A stretch of 64,000 nt of DNA from an uncultured Thermoplasmata archaeon (GTDB lineage Archaea; Thermoplasmatota; Thermoplasmata; UBA10834): contig CAVVJQ010000002.1 in NCBI GenBank assembly GCA_963748615.1, positions 323,240-387,239 of the forward strand, read 5' to 3'. The position numbers and the translations under genes are program-made. Positions 54,329 through 64,000 of the stretch are shown piece after piece (the stretch's first letter is position 1; each line of letters starts with the position of its first letter). The notes beneath the pieces are model-generated. The model did no database searches, was not told where the DNA came from, and saw only the letters and a list, made by a program, of their open reading frames with translations.

Positions 54329-56740
54329 ATGACTGGAGACAAGGGTAAGAAAGAGAAGAGGGAACGGATCGGAGTCTATGTGTGTCACTGTGGCACGAAT
54401 ATCGGTGGCACGGTGGACTGCAAGGTCGTGACCGACTATGCTGGCACTCTGGACGATGTTGTGGTCAGCAGGGATAGCATCTACACCTGCTCCGAGCCTG
54501 GCCAGAACCAGATAGCCGAAGACATCAAGAAACATGACCTCACGAAGGTCGTCGTCGCATCATGCTCGCCTAAGATGCACGAGAAGACCTTCAGGAAAAC
54601 CCTCCAGGATGCAGGTCTGAACCCGTACGTCCTCGAGGTGATCAACTTGAGGGAACAATGCTCTTGGGTGCACAAGGATAAGGCAGAGGCTACCAAGAAG
54701 GCCAAGGATCTTGTGCGTGGTGGTGTGTATCGCGCGGCACACCTGGAAGTCCTCAACCCTAGGGAGATAGAGCTCTCCAAGGATGTGCTTGTCATCGGCG
54801 GCGGGATTGCGGGGATATCATCCGCCCTCCAGCTGGCGAATTCAGGATATCAGGTCCACCTGATCGAAAGGAACCCGAGCATTGGTGGGAGGATGGCCCA
54901 ACTAAGCAAGACCTTCCCCACTCTCGACTGTGCCCCATGCATCCTCAGTCCGAGGATGGTTGACATCGCATCGAACCCGAGGATCGCGCTGTATACCAGA
55001 TCTGAAGTCGTATCCGTATCCGGTTCTCCAGGCAACTACTCCGTACGCGTGAAGGTGTCGCCGAGGGGAGTAGATCTGAAGAAATGCATAGGGTGCGCCA
55101 AATGCGAGAAGGTGTGCCCGGTGAGGGTGCCCAACGAATTCGAGGAGGGATTGTACGAGCGCAAAGCGATCTACAAACCGTTCCCGCAGGCAGTCCCAGC
55201 GGCTTACGTGGTCGATTTCGACAACTGTAAGGAGTGCGGAGCATGCGAGAAGGTCTGCTCCGCCCATGCGATAGACATGGGTGCGGAGGAGCGGTTCGAG
55301 GTCCTCCAGATCGGCGCGATCGTGATTGCGACTGGCTTCGACCTCTTCGATGTCAGAAAGCTAGGAGAATACGACACATCGATCCCCGATGTCATCACAG
55401 CGACTCAGATGGAGCGGCTGATGATCAACGAGTGCGGGGCGGGAATGGTCCTCAAACGCAAGACTGATGGCAACAGGGTGAAGAAGGTCGCCCTAGTGCT
55501 GTGCGCGGGCTCGCGGACGCGGAAGGTGGGCATGCCATATTGCAGCAAGATATGCTGCAACTATGCGATCAAGCAGGCCGTGATCCTCAGGAAGACCTTC
55601 CCTTACATGCAGGTCTACATCTACTATATTGACATCAGATCGGCTGGTCGTGGGTTCGAGGAGTTCTATGTCCGTTCACAGGAGGAATTCAATGTCAAAT
55701 ACGTGCACGGTCGTGTTTCAGACATCCAGAAGGGCAAGAACGGCATCATGGTAAGAGCGGAGGATGTCACTCTCGGAGAGGTCATAGAGAATGAATTCGA
55801 TATGGTCGTCCTATGCACCTCGATGATGCCTTCGGAAGGGACCGACACACTGGCGCGGACGCTCAAAGTACCTCTCGGGGAAGACGGGTTTATATCCGAG
55901 AAGCATCCAAAGCTCGACCCTGTATCCTCACATCGGTCAGGCATTTTCGCTGCTGGCGCAATTCTGGGACCAAAAGATGTTCGAGATAGCGTCGTGGATG
56001 GAAGGAGCACCGCTGCTCATGTGATCGAGTTCCTCGGAACAGGGAAGATGCTACTCGACCCGGCCAAAGCCCAGATAGTGGATGCCAGCAAATGCATCCA
56101 GTGCGGAGCATGCGAGCTCATCTGTCCTGTCCACGCGATAATAGTGGGAGAGATGCCCCAGATAGATCAGATCGCATGCATCGGTTGTGGCGCTTGCGTA
56201 TCCGAGTGCCCTACGCATGTGTTCGATCTCGCTCACTACACGGACACGCAGGTCGACGCCGAAATCCGTGGGGTTCTGGCAGAGCCATCAGAAGATGTGA
56301 GAATAGTCGGCTTCTTCGGCGACATCCTGGCATATGTTGCCGCTGACTCAGCCGGCACTGCGCGCATGGAGTATCCAACCACCCTGAGGATCCTGAGAAT
56401 GCCTTCCGCGGCCAGAGTTGCGCGGAGGGAGATATTGTTGACATTCGCAAACGGTGCAGATGGTGTGATGCTGTCCGATGAGGAAGGGGGCGAGGTTGCG
56501 GAGATCATCGAGCGTCGCATGAAGGCGCTCGTCCCCGAATTGGATCGGCTCGGGATCGGCAAGGAACGCCTCACTTTCGTCCCGATGCTCCTTCCGATCT
56601 ACAAGGTCCTGCCTAAGTTCGTGGACAATTTCGACAAGAAGATCAGGCAATTGGGCCGGCTTCCGGAAGAGGCGAGGAAGAATGCATCGAAAGCCGCTAA
56701 AGAGCAATATGATCCCGTGTTCAAGCAGGGCTCTGAATAA
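54329..56740 (+). CDS. hdrA: HdrA-like FAD / iron-sulfur flavoprotein fused to an MvhD (FlpD)-like domain
   Basis: N-terminal GVYVCHCGTNIGG; FAD fold VLVIGGGIAGISSALQLANSG. Four 4Fe-4S motifs are present (CIGCAKCEKVCP, CKECGACEKVCS, CIQCGACELICP, CIGCGACVSECP). The C-terminal VRIVGFFGDILAYVAADSAG...ILRMPSAARV is MvhD-like. Start set at ATG 54329. Confidence 0.85.
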   Translation: MTGDKGKKEKRERIGVYVCHCGTNIGGTVDCKVVTDYAGTLDDVVVSRDSIYTCSEPGQNQIAEDIKKHDLTKVVVASCSPKMHEKTFRKTLQDAGLNPYVLEVINLREQCSWVHKDKAEATKKAKDLVRGGVYRAAHLEVLNPREIELSKDVLVIGGGIAGISSALQLANSGYQVHLIERNPSIGGRMAQLSKTFPTLDCAPCILSPRMVDIASNPRIALYTRSEVVSVSGSPGNYSVRVKVSPRGVDLKKCIGCAKCEKVCPVRVPNEFEEGLYERKAIYKPFPQAVPAAYVVDFDNCKECGACEKVCSAHAIDMGAEERFEVLQIGAIVIATGFDLFDVRKLGEYDTSIPDVITATQMERLMINECGAGMVLKRKTDGNRVKKVALVLCAGSRTRKVGMPYCSKICCNYAIKQAVILRKTFPYMQVYIYYIDIRSAGRGFEEFYVRSQEEFNVKYVHGRVSDIQKGKNGIMVRAEDVTLGEVIENEFDMVVLCTSMMPSEGTDTLARTLKVPLGEDGFISEKHPKLDPVSSHRSGIFAAGAILGPKDVRDSVVDGRSTAAHVIEFLGTGKMLLDPAKAQIVDASKCIQCGACELICPVHAIIVGEMPQIDQIACIGCGACVSECPTHVFDLAHYTDTQVDAEIRGVLAEPSEDVRIVGFFGDILAYVAADSAGTARMEYPTTLRILRMPSAARVARREILLTFANGADGVMLSDEEGGEVAEIIERRMKALVPELDRLGIGKERLTFVPMLLPIYKVLPKFVDNFDKKIRQLGRLPEEARKNASKAAKEQYDPVFKQGSE

Positions 56741-56744
56741 CCCT

Positions 56745-56810
56745 CATGCGTACGTATGCGCATGTGCCCGGCAATGACAAGTGCGCGTGGGCTTGAGCCT
56801 GCGCATGCGT
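56745..56810 (+). terminator. GC-rich palindrome cluster just after the hdrA stop (possible terminator or structured 3' end)
   Basis: Hairpin CATGCG-tacgtatg-CGCATG (56745-56764). Self-complementary ATGCGCAT (56756-63) and CGCATGCG (56802-09). An imperfect hairpin lies around GGCTtgAGCC. Confidence 0.3.
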
Positions 56811-56894
56811 GACACCAGCCTGAGTAAACCTATTTATATCCAGATTTCCCATAGGAATCTATGCTCCTCGCCTGGCTGAGTGCAGAGGTGTACT

Positions 56895-57062
56895 ATGCAG
56901 AAAAGGGTTCTGATTAAGATAAAGAAAGACGGCACAGAGCTCAGCCTGCGCGAGGTGCTCGAGAAGATCAAGGAGCTGCAGGACCAGAACCCTGATCTGG
57001 ATGTTTTCTTCGACGGGGACGAATATGCGATTTGCAGCAGACCAAGGGACGCTTCTCCATAA
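56895..57062 (+). CDS. Small conserved-looking hypothetical protein (55 aa)
   Basis: ATG 56895 lies 4 nt after GAGGTG. A TTTATAT box is at 56833-39. The sequence MQKRVLIKIKKDGTELSLREVLEKIKELQDQNPDLDVFFDGDEYAI has a compact alpha/beta look. Confidence 0.5.
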   Translation: MQKRVLIKIKKDGTELSLREVLEKIKELQDQNPDLDVFFDGDEYAICSRPRDASP

Positions 57063-57120
57063 CCGCAGATCGGATGGTCATCTATATCTCCCACGGCCTC
57101 TGCAAGAGGGTGTGTGACAA

Positions 57121-57651
57121 ATGCCTGGACGAGTCACGATCGGCCTATTCAATTCCTACGATCCAGTGAAGTTCCACGAGGCGCACAGACGCGTCTTGGC
57201 AAGGGCAGGCCCGCTCGCCCTTGCGTTCGATTGTAACCTCGCCACTTTCGGTTTCCCTTACGACAAGGAGTTGTCAACCCCGGTCGAAATAGCAAAATGG
57301 GTCTCGACAACGACCACGATCGGGGAGGGTGGAGGATATCTCATGGAACTCTCGGAGAAGGGAAGATTCTCGTGTTTCGATTTCCCGAAGAAGGGGTTCC
57401 CTCCTCAGATGGGTGAAGTGATCGTAACCACAAGGAAACCGAAGCCCGCGAACGCGGTGTCGACTGCTCAGGTGCGGTCGATGGTCGCATCTGGGAAATC
57501 GGCGTTGCTTGTATTCGGCCTGGGTCCTCACGGACTGCCAAAGGACGTGTTCAGCATGGCTCGCATGCACTTAGACATCACTGGCCGCGGACTTTCTTTG
57601 GAGACATGCACCGCGCTTGGAGTTGTCATCGGTTCGCTTTTAGGCAGATGA
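57121..57651 (+). CDS. DUF531/SPOUT-like putative RNA methyltransferase
   Basis: 176 aa. The C-terminal block SALLVFGLGPHGLPKDVF...LDITGRGLSLETCTALGVVIG resembles the trefoil-knot SAM site of SPOUT enzymes. The family call is tentative. Confidence 0.45.
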   Translation: MPGRVTIGLFNSYDPVKFHEAHRRVLARAGPLALAFDCNLATFGFPYDKELSTPVEIAKWVSTTTTIGEGGGYLMELSEKGRFSCFDFPKKGFPPQMGEVIVTTRKPKPANAVSTAQVRSMVASGKSALLVFGLGPHGLPKDVFSMARMHLDITGRGLSLETCTALGVVIGSLLGR

Positions 57652-57667
57652 TGATCGGAGCGATGAA

Positions 57668-58678
57668 TCAATATACGGTATATTCGAGCCCAAATTCTGG
57701 GACCGTCACGCCCCCGTCCTTGGTCACACGACCTATGATCCTGGCGCCTCTGCCTGCAGTCCTCAGAACATCGTCGACTTCCTTTCCTCTGACCACAATG
57801 CAGAATCCCATGCCCATGTTAAATGTCTGATACATCTCCTCGTCGGTGACCTTACCTAGGTCCTGGAGCACTCCGAACACGGGATTCGGGGTGATCGGAT
57901 CCGTTATCTGGAACCCAACCCCGCTCTTCAGTCTCAGAAGATTCCTCAATCCGCCACCTGTAATGTTTGCCATTCCTTTGACCTGGTGTTTCCCGATGAT
58001 CTTCAGGACCTGTTTGACATAGATCGTGGTCGGTTCCAGGAGCTCAATGCCGATCGGCCTGGAGAGTCCATTGACCCTCTTCCGATATCCGATCCCGTTT
58101 CTTTTGAGTATCTTCCTGGCAAGTGACAATCCATTCGAATGTACTCCTGAGCTCGGCAGTCCGATGAGCGCGTCACCAGGCCTTATCCCCGCACCTGTTA
58201 TGATGCGTTTCTTGTCAACGATCCCGAGACATGTCCCCGCAAGATCGAACCCATTCACGAGTTCCGGGAGGACAGCGATCTCTCCGCCCACGATGGTCAT
58301 GTTGGACATGCGCGCGCCTTCCTCCAACCCCTTACCGACCTCGGATGTGACCCTGGAGTCAGGGCGGTCGATCGCTATGTAGTCTACGAATGCGATCGGC
58401 TCAGCACCGACGCAGATGGTATCGTTCACGTTCATCGCTATGCAATCGATTCCGATAGTGTCCCATTTCTTCAGAGAGTCTGCGATCAGCAGCTTGGTGC
58501 CTACCCCATCTGTGCACAGCGTGAGCGCTCGGTCCCCTAAATCGATCAATCCTGCAAAATGACCTGGAATGTCCAGAGGCTTCCCTACGCCTTTTCTCTT
58601 GTACTTCAGATGCTCTACAAGGGCGGCTATGCTGCTTGATTTCTTGTCTATATCGACTCCCGCCTGCGCATAGGTCAT
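57668..58678 (-). CDS. purM: Phosphoribosylformylglycinamidine cyclo-ligase (AIR synthetase, PurM)
   Basis: YAQAGVDIDKK, CTDGVGTKLL and ANITGGGLRNL blocks. The start is set at ATG 58678 (MTYAQAGVD); the longer six-frame ORF would overlap the rlmE promoter region. Confidence 0.9.
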   Translation of the reverse strand: MTYAQAGVDIDKKSSSIAALVEHLKYKRKGVGKPLDIPGHFAGLIDLGDRALTLCTDGVGTKLLIADSLKKWDTIGIDCIAMNVNDTICVGAEPIAFVDYIAIDRPDSRVTSEVGKGLEEGARMSNMTIVGGEIAVLPELVNGFDLAGTCLGIVDKKRIITGAGIRPGDALIGLPSSGVHSNGLSLARKILKRNGIGYRKRVNGLSRPIGIELLEPTTIYVKQVLKIIGKHQVKGMANITGGGLRNLLRLKSGVGFQITDPITPNPVFGVLQDLGKVTDEEMYQTFNMGMGFCIVVRGKEVDDVLRTAGRGARIIGRVTKDGGVTVPEFGLEYTVY

Positions 58679-58773
58679 ACCTTTTGGCACTGGGTTCGCC
58701 TCTAATCGGCGATTGCATACCACGGCTATACTTTTTGCCTTCGCGGTGGGAATCAATAAATCCAATCGAGAGA

Positions 58774-59412
58774 ATGGGGAGAGCCGTGACGAAGCAGTGG
58801 CGGGCCCAGCGGAAGAGGGATTATTACTACCGCAAAGCCAAAGAGGAGCATTATCGGAGCAGGGCGTCTTACAAGCTCAAACAGCTGAACGACCGCTTCG
58901 GGATGATCCAACCTGGCGACACGGTGGTCGACCTCGGGGCTTCTCCAGGAGGCTGGTCCCAGGTGGCGGTCGAGCTCGCAGGTGAGGGGTCGAGTGTGTT
59001 CGCTCTGGATCTTGACCGCTTCGTTCCGATCGATGGAGTCACATTCATCCGAGGGGACATCCGCGATGTCAATGTCGTCGCTGGCCTTCTCGAACTCATA
59101 CCCGAAGGTGCAGATGTCGTGATATCTGATATGGCACCGAACATAAGTGGCAACTACTCCTATGACCACGCACTGTCGATCGAACTATGCGAGCACGCTC
59201 TGAAGTTCGCTTCCACAGTGCTGAAACCGAACGGCAATTTCGTTGCGAAGATGTTCTTCGGCGACATGAGCAAGGATTATGTCGCGTCCGTGAGACGCTC
59301 GTTCTATAATGTGAGTGTCCATCATCCACGCGCTTCTAGAAAGTCTAGCTCGGAGGTCTATGTCATCGGTCTGGGATTGAGGAAACCTCGGTCTAATCCC
59401 AGAACCTCTTAG
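58774..59412 (+). CDS. rlmE: 23S rRNA 2'-O-ribose methyltransferase RlmE/FtsJ
   Basis: YRSRASYKL, SAM motif VVDLGASPGGWSQV, DMAPNISG and the K-D-K-E context. Start set at ATG 58774. Confidence 0.9.
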   Translation: MGRAVTKQWRAQRKRDYYYRKAKEEHYRSRASYKLKQLNDRFGMIQPGDTVVDLGASPGGWSQVAVELAGEGSSVFALDLDRFVPIDGVTFIRGDIRDVNVVAGLLELIPEGADVVISDMAPNISGNYSYDHALSIELCEHALKFASTVLKPNGNFVAKMFFGDMSKDYVASVRRSFYNVSVHHPRASRKSSSEVYVIGLGLRKPRSNPRTS

Positions 59413-62137
59413 TCCTGGCATAGGTTATCTCCGCGGCCAGGAGGTCTCTCAGGAATTCGTACTCCTCCATGTGGCATCGAGCGAGTATCCTCGCTGCCGT
59501 GTCCGCACCAACCCCCCTTCCTACGAGGGCTATCACGGCCTTCTTCCCATGGGCCGTGACCAAGTTGGCGTTCTTGTATATCCTCTTCAGGGTCTTGCCG
59601 TCCTCTTCGTTCGTCGCCCCTTTCCTGAGTATTTTCAATTCCTTCCTCGCATATGGCTGTATCGCAGCGATGACAACCCCACCGCATCTGCTGCACGAGA
59701 TCTTTTCTGGAAGGTTCGCGACCTTTGCCTTTCGCTGACTCCTGCAATTCATGCAGACCATCACGACATCCTCGGCCTGCAATCTGTCCTTAAGTGCCAT
59801 CAGCACGGTCTTGTCCGCCCTCTGCGGCTGGACGATATGCCTTCTTTCGCCTATTGCCTCGAGCCCCATCGGCGACAGTTTGCCTGTGACTAACTCTATC
59901 GCTCCCTCTTGGATGCGTTTGAGAACGGTCACAGTCCCTTCGACATCCATGTTCTCCCACAGGGTCTTGGCGACCGCCTCCTCGAACATCGGCGAGTATT
60001 CGAACACGTCGACCATCTTCGAAACGTTGAGCATCTTATAGTCCGCATCCTTCCGAACCGCGCCGAACTTCTTTGCCACATGTACGAACTGCCAGCGCAG
60101 GTCGGACGAGTTCCTGACGATCAGCCTCATCAGTTGGTGCAGGGTCGAGGCATCAGTCTCCTTTATCACTCGGACCACATCGCTCACCCCTACTCCCCTC
60201 GGTGTCTCAAGCACGATGGAATATGGTTCCGTGTTCACACCGATGCTCTCACCGAACCGCGCCGCGAGCAATGTGGTGATCAGCTTGGCGATGGTCTCAT
60301 TGATTCTGGTGCCGAAACAGCAGTTGATGACGATCACACCGTCTCCCTGTTCGATCGTTATCAGCTTGTCGTTCGGGACGGCATACCCCTTCTGGCCAGA
60401 TATCCATTCGGTAATTTCCTTCTTGGTCGTTTCGTCAGTTGGATATATGTCCAGCGGGAGGAGCCGCCGCATGGCACCAACCTCTTGCGCGATTTCATAC
60501 GGGACCGGTATCTCTTCGCCTATCCAGGACGGAGTCGCTCCAATCTCGTTGATCTGTTCCACGATGACCTCATCCTCACCGACCTCCACTACTCTCCAAG
60601 TTCTCCCTCTCGCGACGAATGTTGCATAAGGTTCGGCATAGCTGGCCACGAAACTCTCATCGAGGGTTCCGATGATGCTCCTCGAGGAAACGTCTCTGAT
60701 CTTGTATGTGCGTTCGTCCGGTATCATGGAGATGTTGTCGAAGAAATGTCTCATCCCTGTGGTCTTGCGGCGGAATTGACCTTCATCGTTCCAGACGATG
60801 TGCAGCTCTCCCAATAGATGCAACACCTCGTCAAAATCCTTTCTTATGAGGTTCCTGAATGGGTACGCTTTACGAACGGTCGCGTAGGCCCATTCCTTGT
60901 CCACCTTCGGCTCGGTCATGGTCATGGCGACGATCTGGTTGGCCAGGACGCTGAACGGATTCTGCCTGATTCGGTAGCTCTCGAGCTCCTCAACCATCGC
61001 CTTCCTCGCTATCACCATGCTCTCAGCGGTTTCCGAAGGTGTGGTCGTTATGATCTTGCCAAAGGAGACAGCATCGTGCCGATGTCCCGACCGACCGACT
61101 CTCTGAATCAGCCTCGTGACCTGTCTCGGAGAGTTGAACTGCAGTGTGAAATCGGCGGAGCCGACGTCGATCCCGAGTTCGAGTGACGAGGTGCATATCA
61201 ATGCCTGGAGCTTCTGCGATTTGAAATCATCTTCCATCTGCACTCGAATGTCTTTCGACAGAGAACCGTGATGCACGCCGACACGGAACGACTCGTCCCA
61301 AAGATGGTATCTGACCCCCAAAGCCTCTGCATAGTCTCTCGTGTTGACGAAGAATAGTGTGGAAGTGTTCTCCTCGACCAGTTGTCTGCTCCTCTTCATG
61401 CAGGCCACATGTTTCTGATCTGTCTGAAGTCGGCCAGCCAAAGTCTTGTCGGCCTCCTCCGTTGCCGGACTCTCCACGGATATCCTCATATCCTTCATGG
61501 CCGAGATTCTGACCGAAGTGATCGTCCTCCCCTCACCCGCGAGGTACGCCGATATCTCCTCAACGGAGCCTACAGTTGCCGAGAGTCCGATCCTCTGGAA
61601 CTCCCCTGCCAGATGCGCGAGCCTCTCAAGAGCGACAGACAGTTGAGCGCCCCTCTCGTCCTCCGCGAGTTCGTGTATCTCATCTATTATGACATGTCTC
61701 ACGCCGCTGAGATGCTTCCTGAGGTTGCGGCCAGTAAACATTATCTGTAGTGTCTCGGGCGTGGTTATGAGGACATCCGGAGGATTCTTCGATTGTGCTG
61801 TGCGTTCTGATTGTGAAGTGTCGCCGTGCCTTACAGCGACCTTGAGTCCGACAGCGTCGCCCATCTCATCAAGGCGCTTGAGAAGATCTCGATTGAGAGC
61901 CCTGAGGGGTGTCACGTATACGCACCTGATGCCCTCCCTTTTCCCCATACTGAGCATGTGCAGTATAGGAAGCATAGCAGCCTCAGTCTTGCCAATGCCT
62001 GTGGGGGCAACGAGCAACACGTGCTCTCCTGCAAGGATAGGAGGTATCGCCTTAGCCTGCGGTTCAGTAGGCGCGAGGAACCCCCGATTCGCGAGAAGAT
62101 CCTGGATCCTCCTATCCAGCCTCTGGAAGACGTTCAT
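59393..62137 (-). CDS. Lhr-like DEAD/DEAH helicase (intact core-length paralogue, 914 aa) with a C-terminal Cys4 ribbon
   Basis: Motif I VAPTGIGKT, motif II IDEIHE, GLSATV, HHGSLSKDIRVQMEDDFKSQKLQALICTSSLELGIDVG, QRVGRSGH. C-terminal CMNCRS...CSRCGG. A TTTTATA box lies about 30 nt upstream, suggesting a leaderless mRNA. Confidence 0.88.
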   Translation of the reverse strand: MNVFQRLDRRIQDLLANRGFLAPTEPQAKAIPPILAGEHVLLVAPTGIGKTEAAMLPILHMLSMGKREGIRCVYVTPLRALNRDLLKRLDEMGDAVGLKVAVRHGDTSQSERTAQSKNPPDVLITTPETLQIMFTGRNLRKHLSGVRHVIIDEIHELAEDERGAQLSVALERLAHLAGEFQRIGLSATVGSVEEISAYLAGEGRTITSVRISAMKDMRISVESPATEEADKTLAGRLQTDQKHVACMKRSRQLVEENTSTLFFVNTRDYAEALGVRYHLWDESFRVGVHHGSLSKDIRVQMEDDFKSQKLQALICTSSLELGIDVGSADFTLQFNSPRQVTRLIQRVGRSGHRHDAVSFGKIITTTPSETAESMVIARKAMVEELESYRIRQNPFSVLANQIVAMTMTEPKVDKEWAYATVRKAYPFRNLIRKDFDEVLHLLGELHIVWNDEGQFRRKTTGMRHFFDNISMIPDERTYKIRDVSSRSIIGTLDESFVASYAEPYATFVARGRTWRVVEVGEDEVIVEQINEIGATPSWIGEEIPVPYEIAQEVGAMRRLLPLDIYPTDETTKKEITEWISGQKGYAVPNDKLITIEQGDGVIVINCCFGTRINETIAKLITTLLAARFGESIGVNTEPYSIVLETPRGVGVSDVVRVIKETDASTLHQLMRLIVRNSSDLRWQFVHVAKKFGAVRKDADYKMLNVSKMVDVFEYSPMFEEAVAKTLWENMDVEGTVTVLKRIQEGAIELVTGKLSPMGLEAIGERRHIVQPQRADKTVLMALKDRLQAEDVVMVCMNCRSQRKAKVANLPEKISCSRCGGVVIAAIQPYARKELKILRKGATNEEDGKTLKRIYKNANLVTAHGKKAVIALVGRGVGADTAARILARCHMEEYEFLRDLLAAEITYARTKRFWD

Positions 62138-62384
62138 CTACTCTGACTCAGTCCACATTTGGGTATAAAACCTTCCGCCTTAGGTGAACGAATATCCCTG
62201 TCCTGCATCGATGATTATTGCTCCGACAATGCTCCAACGGCATGGAATCCACTGCCTCGAACCCATCCACATTTTCGAACGGAACCCCGATGTATATTTG
62301 TCTGCTCGTCAGTATAGTTCTAATCTTGTACCAAAACGACTATCTATCCGTACTTTTGATTTGCGGCCAACGAGGGGGAAAACC

Positions 62385-63680
62385 TTGAGAAGGAGAATAT
62401 CTGGAATAGCTGTGTCTATGCTCATGCTGATTGCTGCCATATCCATGGCGAGCATTGCTGGAATTGCGAAACCCGACTTCACGAACAAAATGATGGCTGG
62501 CCCATCCACCGATACAGCCGAGTGGACTATAATGGTCTACTTGGACGGTGACAACAATCTTCAGGCAGATGCATTGAACGATCTCGCAGAGATGGAAGTT
62601 GTCGGTTCAGTCGGCGGTGTCAACGTGATTGTCATGATGGATACATATGACGCTTTCGAGGGCACGCACTGGTACTTCATCGAGGCTGGCAGTGATCATG
62701 TCAATGTCGAAGAGGGGATAAACGCCTGCGAATGCGAGGCGATAGCTGGCGAATGCCCGGGCGAGCTCAACATGGGTGATCCCGCGACGCTCACTTACTT
62801 CCTCAAGACTGCCGTCGCATATGCACCTGCCGATCATTACATGCTCGATCTATGGGACCACGGCGGTGGCTGGTGGGGCGTCTGTTATGATGACTCCTCG
62901 ATATCTGAGACCGGCTACAAAGACCGGTTGATCATGGATGAAGTTGCGAACGCGGTCGAAGCTTCGGGCGTGCATCTCGATATCATCGGATATGACGCAT
63001 GCTTCATGGGAATGCTCGAGGTGGCATATGAGAACAGGAACGTCGCGGATTACATGGTCGCATCGATCACCACCGTACCTGGTTTCGGTTGGGATTACAC
63101 TGGATTGCTGAACTCGATTCAGGCGCTGGATGAGAAGACCCCTGAGGCAGTCTCAATAGCGACCGTCGACGCGTACATAGCATCGTACAAGATCTGCGCC
63201 GGCAGCGGAATCGCGGGTTATCCGTATGTCAGCGCGTCGGTGTTCGACTTGTCGAAGGTCAGTGACCTCGCAACCTATGGTATCGATCCATTGGCCGAGG
63301 CGCTTCTGGACCTCGCGGACGACTACTACCTGAGAGGAGCTATTGAATCTTCCGAATCACAGACGCCTCAGCTGCAGTTCATGGGCGAACAATTCCCGTT
63401 CGTGGACATCGGTTGGTTTGTTACGCTCATGGCTGACAAGATACCGGACCTGGAGGCACTCTGTGACAATACCTTCACGCTGCTCGACGAAGCGGTCGTC
63501 CATGTGAGTTCGGTCACATCCGATTCCGGTGGAGTCCTAGACACATATGGCATGTCGATCTACTTCACATGCTCGTGGGACAAACTGTACGAGAACTACC
63601 TGACCAGCAACCTCGACCTTGTTGACGACACGCTCTGGGACGAGTTCCTGTTTGCGTTCTCGATGGTATACGTCGAGTGA
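62385..63680 (+). CDS. Clostripain-like cysteine peptidase (family C11) with an N-terminal signal/anchor
   Basis: TTG 62385 is preceded by GAGGGGG. Anchor ISGIAVSMLMLIAAISMASIAG. TIMVYLDGDNNL; catalytic His in LWDHGGGWWG; catalytic Cys in IGYDACFMG. Confidence 0.8.
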   Translation: MRRRISGIAVSMLMLIAAISMASIAGIAKPDFTNKMMAGPSTDTAEWTIMVYLDGDNNLQADALNDLAEMEVVGSVGGVNVIVMMDTYDAFEGTHWYFIEAGSDHVNVEEGINACECEAIAGECPGELNMGDPATLTYFLKTAVAYAPADHYMLDLWDHGGGWWGVCYDDSSISETGYKDRLIMDEVANAVEASGVHLDIIGYDACFMGMLEVAYENRNVADYMVASITTVPGFGWDYTGLLNSIQALDEKTPEAVSIATVDAYIASYKICAGSGIAGYPYVSASVFDLSKVSDLATYGIDPLAEALLDLADDYYLRGAIESSESQTPQLQFMGEQFPFVDIGWFVTLMADKIPDLEALCDNTFTLLDEAVVHVSSVTSDSGGVLDTYGMSIYFTCSWDKLYENYLTSNLDLVDDTLWDEFLFAFSMVYVE

Positions 63681-63709
63681 TTCGGTCTAGAATCGACGAA
63701 ACCTCTTAA

Positions 63710-64000
<291 letters not shown>

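Overview
This window reads as a chromosomal segment of an archaeon, probably Thermoplasmatota-like. Supporting marks are MCM, NMD3, Tsr3 and DUF424 homologues, archaeal class-III-signal pilins, AT-rich TATA-like boxes 25-60 nt upstream of starts, a tRNA with a non-canonical intron, and bacterial-type gyrase. GC looks mid-50s % by eye. Coding density is high: I call about 50 protein genes, 2 tRNAs, and no rRNA, CRISPR array, transposase or integrase.

Housekeeping genes:
- ECF transporter (ecfA1, ecfA2, ecfT and an S component).
- GlcD-like FAD oxidase, HtpX, an HPS-RraA fusion and class I fumarate hydratase alpha/beta.
- MCM, Ogg, ThiC, GyrB/GyrA and an HdrA-MvhD fusion.
- PurM, RlmE, a C11 peptidase and the 5' end of enolase.

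Regions that look accessory or unusual:
1. 37.4-54.0 kb holds a surface-filament/adhesion block. It contains an Epd/Tad-like operon with two intact secretion ATPases flanking a split platform. A convergent CARDB/beta-helix adhesin of about 1,570 aa has a cytoplasmic triple zinc-ribbon tail. KaiC-like ATPases and coiled-coil zinc-ribbon proteins sit on both flanks.
2. 27.7-30.0 kb encodes a chimeric protein with a bacterial DnaA-type AAA+ module, a zinc ribbon and a C-terminal DUF835-like domain. It lies 2.8 kb from gyrBA.
3. 7.7-10.6 kb holds three translationally coupled KaiC-like genes, of which only the first keeps a canonical Walker A. A pilin gene follows.
4. Two very long genes are broken by three apparent +1 frameshifts: a bacterial-type long Lhr helicase and the adhesin. 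The same octamer GAACTGTC/GACAGTTC sits at all three junctions.

All family calls come from motif recognition by eye. No database search was run.
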